From contig NC_089432.1 of NCBI RefSeq assembly GCF_026210795.1, positions 2,046,001 to 2,110,000 of the forward strand: a stretch of DNA of 64,000 nt. Direction: 5' to 3'. The notes beneath the pieces are model-generated. The model was not told the origin of the DNA. It saw only the letters and a list, made by a program, of their open reading frames with translations, and ran no database searches. Position numbers and translations under genes: made by a program. The stretch is from Rhizophagus irregularis. Its lineage: Eukaryota. Below are positions 54,501 to 64,000 of this stretch, one piece after another (position 1 is the first letter of the stretch; each line of letters starts with the position of its first letter).

Positions 54501-56660
54501 CAGTAACACATAATTAATTTTTTCCAGTATCATATAATTAATCTTTAAACTTTCCAGTATCATATAATTAATCTTAATCATCTATTATTCTCCATTATCA
54601 ACAATTAATTTTTTCAGTTTAGCGTCCAAATTGTTCAAAATTTTAATATTATTTATTTATCTATTGTCTTTTCACATTTTTTATTCAGTATCCAGATAAA
54701 GAAAATATGTTAGTAAAATGTTATATATAAGAAAGATCGCAAAAATTTTAAAAATCAAACCATATCCGAGATTTTTTCATTAAATGATTTTGTCTAGTAA
54801 CATTTTAAGAATCAAAAACCTATTATTCTCAACTATCAATAATTAATCTTTTCCAATATCATGTAATTAATCTTTTTCAGTATCAAATAATTAATCTTTT
54901 CCAGTGACAAATAATTAATCTTAATCTTTCCAGTATTATCTATTATTCTCCACTACCAATAATTAATCTTTTCCAATATCATATAATTAATCTTTTTCAG
55001 TATCAAATAATTCATCTTTTCCAGTAACATATAATTAATCTTTTCCATTATCATATAATTAATCTTTTTCAGTGACATGTAATTAATTTTTTTTAGTATC
55101 ATGTAATTAATTTTTTTCAGTATCAAATAATTAATCCTTTCCAGTATCATATAATTATTCTTAATCTTTCCAGTACCATCTATTATTCTCCACTAACAAT
55201 AATTAATTTTTCAGTTTAGCATCCAAATTGTTCAAAACTTTAATATTGTTTATTTATCTATTGTCTTTTCACATCAGTATCCAAATAAAGAAAATATGTT
55301 AGTAAAATGTCATAATAAGAAAGATCCCAATTTTAAAAATCAAACCATATCCGAAATCTTAAGCAATCCAAATAAATATGAACTCTAACTACATCCAATA
55401 TAAATATATTCATTCTATGTTTATATTAGCTCTAGGAAAAAAAAGAAAAACATGTTAGTAAAATGTTGTACTAATAAAAAATCATGTAAATAAAGTCAAA
55501 CCATATCCAAAGATTTATCTTATCTCAATTATTAACTCTAGAAAAAAAAAATAAATAAAAACATGTTAGTAAAATATCATACTATTAAAAAAATATACAA
55601 CAAAGTCAAACCATATCCGAAGATTTATCTTATTTCATTCATCAACTCTAGAAAAAAGAATGAAAAATATATTAGTAAAATGTTGTACTAATAAAAAAAG
55701 TCATGATCCAAACCATATCCAAGGATTTATCTTATCTCAGTTATTAACCTTAAAAAATAAATAAATAAATAAATAAAAATATCAGTAAAATGTTGTATTA
55801 TTGAAAAAAAAGTCATAATCCAAACATATTCAAGGATTTATCTTATTCAATTTATCAACTCTAGAAAAAAAAATGAAAAACATATTATTAAAATGTTGTA
55901 CTATTAAAAAAAACATGTAATAAAGTCATCATATCCAAAGGTTTATCTCAATTATCAGCTCTAGAGAAAAGCATCTCATTTATCAGCTCTAGAAAAAAAA
56001 ATGAATAAAAAACATGTTAGTAAAATGTTGTATTATTAAAAAAAGGTCATAATTCAAACCATATCCAAGGATTTATCTTTCATTTATCAACTCTAGAAAG
56101 AAAAAAATGAAAAAACATGTTAGTTAAATGGCGTACTATTAAAAAAAATGTGCAAATAAAGTCAAACCATATCCAAGGATTTATCTTAATCTTAATTATC
56201 AACTTTAGAAAAAAAAAAGAAAAACATGTTATTAAAATGTTATACTATTAAAAAAAATCATGCAATAAAGCCAAACCATATCCAAAGATTATATCTCAAT
56301 TATCAGCTCTAGAGAAAAGCATCTCATTTATCAGATCTAGAAAAAAAAATGAAAAGCATGTTAAAATGGTATACTATTGAAAAAACATGCAATAAAGTCA
56401 AACCATATCCAAGGATTTATCTTATCTTATTTATCAACTCTAGGAAAAAAAAATGAAAACCATGTTAGTAAAATGGTGTACTGATAAAAAAAGTCATGAT
56501 CCAAACCATGTCCAAGGATTTATAATTATCAACTCTAGGAAAAAAAAATGAAAAATATGTTAGTAAAATGTCATACTATTAAAAAAACATGCAATAAAGT
56601 CAATAAAGTCAAACCATATCCAAAGATTTATTTTATCTCAATTATCAATTCTAAAAAAAA
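51600..56660 (-). repeat. Tandem array of intron + mini-exon-like units (~20 copies)
   Basis: AAACCATATCC (minus strand GGATATG|GTTTG) recurs about 20 times, usually with TGTTAGTAAAATG (minus TTTTACTAACA). Units are ~110-125 bp at 55340-56660, ~340-590 bp at 52985-55340 with nested 24-bp repeats, and degenerate further left. Confidence 0.85.
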
Positions 56661-57289
56661 AAAAAGAAAATAAACAAATAATAAAATCAAATGAACTTTT
56701 TGAAGTTTCTAAAGTCCAATCACTAAAAATAGAAAAAGTAGAAGAGAGAGAGAAGTTAATGGATTGATAATTTAATAAAATAAAACATTAATCTCTTATT
56801 CTATTATTCTTTCACACTCTTCCATGCATTTTCATTTGTCAGTAAATAAGAAACTTAAATTAGTAAGTGTCATAAATAAAAACCAAACTGATATTGGCAT
56901 ATATATTAACCTGATTAATCTTAGGAGATAAAAAATCGAATAGCAGATGACTATTTGAATGATACAGCAAGAAGGAGAGTTGAAGGTAAACCAAAAGTAA
57001 AGGTAGTTGTATAAAGATAAAACAACTGAGAGAAGAAAGGTTACATTTGCTGATTTTTGTGGATAGTTTCATGTGAGTAAATGGTTATATTTTGTACATA
57101 CAGAATATTGAAAAATATGTATAATTATTATTATGTTTTTGGTGAAATAAGGAAATTTCGGAACTCTTTCCGCTTCCCTTTTTTTACTATAAATCCGCAG
57201 TAAAATTACATTTGGTTTTCCCGGAAGTTTTTATTCTTGTTTCCCATAATAAATACACTATAATTTCAGAATTATTGTTAGCAGTAGTT

Positions 57290-58190
57290 TTATAAGATGG
57301 TATGATGGTAAGTCGACAGTAAAAGATAGAAGAGAGAGAGATAGATGGCAATTATGGAGGGAGGTATCAAACCAAGAGATGAAAGAGGTAGAAGAGGACA
57401 AACCGAAATATCTTAAAGCTTTAACAGCGTCATATCCTAGGATTGCATTTTCGAAGTCCGGCCTTGGAAAATTCTGACTTATTACAAGCCAAAAAAGGAC
57501 CTGGAGGAAACATTGTTGAAGGCGGCCGAAAAACGAGATGGCACAAAATGGGCATTTCGGACTTTCAGGGAAGTGAGGGACCAAGTGTGAGCGGAAGGAA
57601 AGGAGAGACAATAGACAACGGAAGTGACAAGCGCTGTTCGAGCGACAAAAAAGAAATCTTTCGTTCAGGTCAGTAGATTCGGATAAACTTCAAAGTCGCC
57701 ATGGATGGAGCTTGGACAAGCTTAGCAAAGAGGTGATATATCCCTCGGTCAAGCCGGAAGAACTAGTAGAAATAGTAGATAACCTTAGGAGAGATAATCA
57801 GCCACGCGATCCAAAAAAAGAAGGACAAGGATAAAAAAGAACAGTGTATCGAATGCCTCGCCCTAAAGTATGTAGTAACTGAGAAAGACGTGGTTGATTT
57901 TATTAACGAGAATAGTGACATTTAGTACAAGGGTGAGATGGAAGTGGACGAAGATGACGACCGCCACTTTTGGAAACAGATTACGCATCATCTGGTGATC
58001 AATGAACTCGCGGCCAAAAATGTGATCCTGCGGTTCATACCATACAATTCTAATCGGGTTCCAAGTAAAGACGAAGTCAAGGATTTTGACACTAACAATG
58101 AAAAGATGAAGGCTCGTCTTGCGAAAGAAGATAAGACGAAAATAGTGGAAGTACTGTAGATGAACCGGTGGACAGGCCTAAGAAAATAAG
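57290..58190 (+). pseudogene. Degraded coding sequence of unknown family
   Basis: GC-richer, protein-like frames (WREVSNQEMKEVEEDKPKYLKAL; CIECLALKYVVTEKDVVDFINENSDI*YKGEMEVDEDDDRHFWKQ...) broken by stops. Confidence 0.4.
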
Positions 58191-60022
58191 AATCGATGGA
58201 GGGTGAGTTTTTTTAGGATAGTCTTCTAGAATGTGGGTTTTTTGCTGGATATCGTAGATAGTGAATTTTTTACAAAAAATGTTCGTGTGTGTGCCACGAT
58301 GTTAAATCTAACCAGCAAAATGACCATTTCACTTTGGTGTTAATTCAATTATATGGTTCAACAGTGTAAAGGGGTAACTGTTAGTAAATTTAATAGCCGA
58401 ACTAAAGGAGTGGGTCGGTAACTTCGTAGTTAGCGCTAGGAAGAATAACAAAGGCGTGGACTGGCATCAACAATAGAGTAAAAAAACAAGACTATACCAT
58501 GTACGTTGAATAGCTAAACTAGTTTCTAACATATCACAGTTCTTCAGTTAAAAGACGAGGTTGGAGTAAAGATGGTTAAGGCAAGAGAGAAAAGAAGACC
58601 TAAAAAAGAGAAACCTGAAAAAAAAGAGGTGAGAGAAAAAAAGACTAAATTTTTAATCCATAATATCCTACGCGTCAGAATGATATACGTGTTATAATAT
58701 AAACGACGCGACTAAGAGTGAGTCATAGTACTCACATTGCTTTAATTGATTTAATTGATTAATTAACTAATATATAACATACCACAAGCACATATTCAAT
58801 TTCCTATTTAATAAATATTACTCATGATATTTTGGGCTGCCAATATAATAATATTATGTAATAAATAGTTAGGATATTGTTATTGATTATCAATCGTTTG
58901 AGCCAAAAAGAATCAATAAATCTCCATTTAGCCAATAACATATCGGCTGATTGGAAAAATCAATTAATATTTAAGCTCAGTTGATGGGTTCATTATATAA
59001 CTTATTGATGAACTGATATGATCAAGTTTAAATATTTTTTACTATACCTGATATATAATTAAATACATATTAAATTTTAGATGTTTAAGAATATATATAT
59101 TCCCAATAAAATTTATCCGTTATTTCTGTAAAAACTAAAAACTCCGTAAAAATTTGCATTTCACGGATCCATTTATGGAAAATGTAATAATTCGATAATT
59201 TCCGTAATATAAAGGTTACTAATTCCGTTACGGAAAAAAAGATGGATATAAAAAGCGGATCAACTTTTTTACGGAATTGTGTATACAGAAGTTGTAAAAA
59301 TATTTCTAAATACATTGTGGGTTACCGAAATTTACAGTATATACATAATAAATACTCGGAATTTATCAAAATGGGTGTGATTTATACTTCCAACAACATT
59401 TCTAACATTACAGTTGATATTTTATGGGTGTTGTATATATTTATATTATCGTACGGCTAAATCGGCTAATGCAGATCGATAAACTACCGATATTCAATAT
59501 TGTACGCAAATAAACTATTGATATCAATATTGTACGATAATGAAAATATCGGTAATTATAAAGAAAAATAGCAAAAGATAGATTTTTACAAATAATACAT
59601 AAGTCAAGTCCCAAAATGACCTACATATTAAAAGTACTTGCTCGGCATCAATTCTTTTTTTTTGAATCTTTCCATAAACTTTATCCAAGAAATAATGATT
59701 TTAATTTTTCATGCCTACATTTAAAAATATACAAGAACACGTATTCTAAATTTTGCCAGATTCATATTCTTTAGATAATATTTAAAATAATGTTAATAAT
59801 GTTACAATATTTTTATTCTTTATTTCTTTATAAAAATTTTATTTTATAAGTGATTATAACTACTTTATTATCTAATATTAGATATAAATTAAAATATATT
59901 ATCCGAAATAATAAAAAAACTGTATTCAAAATGACGGAATTTTATTAAGCGTAATTATCATTTAAAAGACCCAAGAAAAAATAACCATTAAAACTAGATT
60001 AATAAAAAAAAATTTAAATCCA

Positions 60023-61165
60023 TTACTTTGAATCTTTCAACTCATTAGCAAGATCTCTAATTTTTTTTCTCATATCAGAAGGAAGTAAAAGATTCTGTTC
60101 ATTAACTTCTAAAATCTTCTCAAAATCTATTTGATCTGAATTTGATTGTAATTCAATAATTCTTTGATAAAATTGATCAATAATAGAAAGTACAAATACT
60201 CCGCAATCTGACAAAAATTTAAAAAATTTACATTAATTATCAAAATATTGTTATATAATAAAAAATAAATATGTAAGTTACCTGAACCTAAAATAAATTA
60301 AAAATATCCAATTAATTGAAATTATTTAAATTAATATTAAATATTTGAGTTAAATACATCAATTTTAACATACCATTTTTTTGTTGAGGTGTTTTTACAA
60401 CGACAATATTATTTCCTAAAAATGGAATTTTTTTTTTAAAAAAAATATCATAATCTAATCATAATATAATTTTTCATTTCTTTAATACCTACTTTTGACT
60501 TCTAGAACACCGGAAATTTTATCTGCAAATTTATAAGCAATATAAGAATTCATATTATTAGCACTATCATAATATAAAAATTTATTATTCTGTTTTACGT
60601 AAATTAGCAAAGACCAATGACTTCCTCCAATAAAACTTTCTAAGGACTGTTTATTATTTACTGGAATGAATATTATATCAGCAGAAAATATTTGTTTTGG
60701 AAGTGCGCTAGCAAGATATTTCGCATCTTTATAAAAATAAATGAAATATATGTAAATAGAATAAAATAGGTAAATGATATTAGAACAAAAAAAAAGTGGA
60801 TGAAAAAAACCTTCAATATTTGTTATGAGAAAACTCATCGATGCTCGCAAAAGATTTGGTTTAACCTTGGATTCTTCTTTTATAGAATAATTGTATTCAA
60901 GATATCTTTTAAAGGAAAAAAAAATGTTTTATTTTTAGAAATATTTATGAAAATCAAGTAATGATTTCTTACATACTCCAAATAAAAATCTACGCATCGG
61001 TCATTCAACCATCTATCATCGTATAAGAGTCCATAATCCTGTATTGGGTGAAAAAAAAAAATAATTTAAAGAACATACTTTCGATACAAAAATTTATAAG
61101 AAATATTATAATTATACCTCTGGAGCAAGCATAGCGTCTTTATAGTATAAAGTAGAGGTTAACAT
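60023..61165 (-). CDS. SENP8: NEDD8-specific protease (SENP8/DEN1-like, Ulp1/peptidase C48 family)
   Basis: Seven exons join in frame: 61165-61118, 61038-60977, 60905-60811, 60726-60493, 60415-60374, 60287-60282, 60207-60023. Motifs: WLNDRCVDFYLEYL, IFIPVNN...GGSHWSLL...YYDS, TPQQKNGSDCGVF. Confidence 0.9.
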
Positions 61166-62691
61166 ATTTGAGAAAGTTAAGTTCACATTTCACCAATAGT
61201 AGGCTCAAGTAATTAATTGCGTTAGAGTTTCACAATGTTTAACAAATTATTACTCTGCAAATATTTCGTCATTGCGCATTTTTTGTAATACATGTAACGT
61301 GATTTCTTTGTGTCATTGTAGAGTTGCACATGATTTATAGTATAATTTCTAACGTTAACTCCATTTTAACTTCGTTATTAACCCGTTTTGAGTTTTGATA
61401 TGTAAGCAAAAACATTATTACGTATTTACGTTCACAAGTTCATTACATAATTTAATTAGTAAATCAAACAGCTTTAAAAGTTTAAGCCTTTAATATTATT
61501 TATAATGCTTGAGGTAACAAATTTGCCATAATAGTTAAATTTGGATTAATTATAATGGATTTGTTTCCGATATACGTTAAATATCTAACTTTTTTTCTTT
61601 AGAGTGCAGAAAATAAAATAACTTATCAATTGATGATTTGAATAATTCATTTATCTAAGTGGTAATAATATTTTGTCTTTGAGTGAAATATAATATTTCC
61701 TATTTGTGTCATTTTATTTCTACCCAACCTTAGAAAACATTATTATGACATTGAACATGATTTTAATAAAACAGCAAGAGATTAACAAAATACTTTAATA
61801 TAAACGTTTCATGCTTTTTGCGTTCTACAGTATATCTGTCAATATCAGATAAAGTAGTAGTGTACATCCTTCATCCGCATAAAATATAGCTTTTTTATTC
61901 TTAGCGTTAAAACCAAATCAGCCATGTATCTTATTACTGTGTGCGCCTCATGAAATTTTGCATTATCGTCTGTAAATGGATAAACTAAAAAAAAAAATTA
62001 CAATTTCATTATCAACATGAAAGATTGAAAAGTACTTATACCCTATCAAATTCAGATGACGAACAGCCACAATTATCATAAAATATTACGGTACAGGAAT
62101 ATTAGACATATAATATAACATTGACAAAAACATCCATCCCTTTAAGAACTTGGACTAGATTGACTTTTTGAGCGTAATCTACGCATAAGTTTCTGCACCT
62201 TTTTAACTTTTTCATTTTCAATATCGTCCTATTCTGTAAACACGATAATATGAGAAATTCTTGATATTTTTTTATAATAAATCTATTGCTTAAGCTTTAA
62301 GTTTTACCTAATTTAGCGTCAAGTTTATGCGTGACCTGTCCTTTTGTAGTATGTCGTAAAGTATCACAGCCAGTTTGCTGAATAATATGGATATCAAATT
62401 CAGGCTAGATAAGTCGAAATAAAATTTTACGTAGATAAAAAATTTCAGAATTACCTTGCGAAATAAGAGTTTACGGCTGGTTATATTATATTTATAAAAT
62501 ATAAATGTTTAATGCAAAATAATAGCATTATTATTTAAGATATAAAATTTGATATATGTTTGGCATATTACTTTAATTAGTTGTAACTTTCTCTTTTTTT
62601 TCTAACAAAGAATAAATATATTTTATTTATAATTTTCAAAAAATAAGTACACATAATTTTATTTACATCTATATTATATAAACCAAATTTT

Positions 62692-63980
62692 TTATTTCTC
62701 AAATTTTTTTAATTGATTTTGAGCAATTTTTAACCCTTGTTTAGCAGATTGTTCATACCAATAAATTGCATTATCAATATTTTTCATAATACCTTTTCCA
62801 TTTTCATACATGAAAGCTAAATTATATTGAGCTGTACAACTTCCTAAATTTGCAGCCTTTTGATATAATTCAAATGCTTTATTCTTATCAATAATAGTAC
62901 CAATTCCATATGAATAACAATATCCTAAATTATTTATTCCAGAAATATTTTCTAAATTTGCAGCTTTTTGATATAATTCAAATGCTTTCTGTTTATTAAC
63001 ATTAGTTCCAATTCCTGAATAATTAAATTCTCCAAGTAAAACAATAGATTTTGAATTATTTTGACTAATTAATAACCAATCATAAATTTCTTTTGATGTT
63101 ATATTACGATCATTAAGATAATTAAAAATTTCTTTTTTTTCTTTTTTTTCGTCCGATTTATTAATAAGATCAACTAATTCATCAACTATGACGTTAAAAT
63201 CATTCTTAATTTGATTACTTGATGATTTTAATTCATCGACTACCTGGTTGATAGTTGGACGATTAATTGGTTCACCATTCCAACAATCTAAAAAAAGGGG
63301 TAATAAATTTTTTAATTAATCAATTAAATTAATTTTACTTGTGAAACATAATTAATATTATATTTACCAGTATAAATTTTTATATAATTCTCGGGTGTAT
63401 TAGGAATAGGTTTCTCTCTTAAACCTTGTAAAATTTCTACAGCCAAACCGATATCATATGGTTTTCCCTCAGCATAAAAAGGACGTTGACCACTAGATAT
63501 TTCCCATAATAATACTCCAACGCTGTAAACATCACTCTTTTTATTTAAGGAATATACTTTATTATTGTTTCTTTGTCTGCTAAAACTTTTTGGATCGACG
63601 TAAGGAATTACTCCAAATAATTTTGATTGAAGGTTGGAAGATTCTTCAATCCTTTTCGATAATCCAAAATCGGCCAACTTTATAGAATTTTGGTGAACCA
63701 ACACATTATTAGAGTGCTATTAATAAAAAAGAAAGTTTTATAAGTCTATATAAGTCATAACAATTTATAAAACCATGACATATAAAATAGAATACCAAAT
63801 CACGGTGCATGATTCCTTCATCATGTAAGCATGATACAGCGGAAGCTAACTGTAATGCCATGTTAAATTTATCATTCCAAGTAAGAATTTCAAAATTTTC
63901 TTTTAGATATTTTCGAAGAGTACCACCGTCAGCATACTCCATTACTAACATGTATCTCTTTGAATTATCACTTTGAACCT
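62692..63980 (-). CDS. Kinase-Sel1 protein 7 (5' part outside the window): canonical kinase, 3 Sel1 repeats
   Basis: Exon 3 starts at 63980 (MEYADGG..HRDL) and exon 4 carries HSNN..ADFG..SDVYSVG. The last exon, 63287-62692, was translated by hand as an open frame: DCWNGEP..SIVLLGEFNYSGIG..AIYWYEQSAKQG..EK*. It is absent from the ORF track. Confidence 0.9.
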
Positions 63981-64000
63981 CTTATTATATTAAAAAAAAA

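Noticed and set aside
54953..55150. MILEKINY-repeat ORF as a standalone gene
   Set aside because: It is a by-product of the 24-bp repeat; sister units have stops and frameshifts.
55340..56660. CRISPR-like appearance of regularly spaced motifs
   Set aside because: The intervening sequences are homologous to each other rather than unique spacers; the context is eukaryotic with no cas genes.
59100..59330. TTCCGTAA/TTACGGAA motif cluster and overlapping short ORFs
   Set aside because: Looks like transposon subterminal debris; no TIR pair found and the ORFs are not protein-like.
1..64000. tRNA or rRNA genes, or an autonomous transposase
   Set aside because: None recognised by eye; tRNAscan-SE, Infernal and a TE protein search would be needed to exclude them.

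Overview
AT-rich, intron-rich eukaryotic DNA. Gene families and intron style indicate an arbuscular mycorrhizal fungus (Glomeromycota, Rhizophagus-like; inferred). The window holds a cluster of seven paralogous genes, each a TKL-like kinase followed by Sel1-like repeats. Six are complete 5-exon genes and one is cut by the right edge. They share intron positions but differ in Sel1 repeat number (3-10) and in catalytic motifs: two are canonical HRD/DFG, two are HRN/NLG pseudokinases, and three are intermediate. Also present are an intronless F-box protein, a SAM-domain gene, a 7-exon SENP8/DEN1-like deNEDDylase with a 6-nt microexon inside its catalytic motif, and several pseudogenes (SAM+REase-like, SYM1/MPV17-like, Sel1 relics). 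There are many small TIR elements and an unusual ~5 kb tandem array whose repeat unit looks like a spliceosomal intron plus a mini-exon on the minus strand. All exon boundaries were read by eye from GT/AG signals and frame continuity; no database searches were run.
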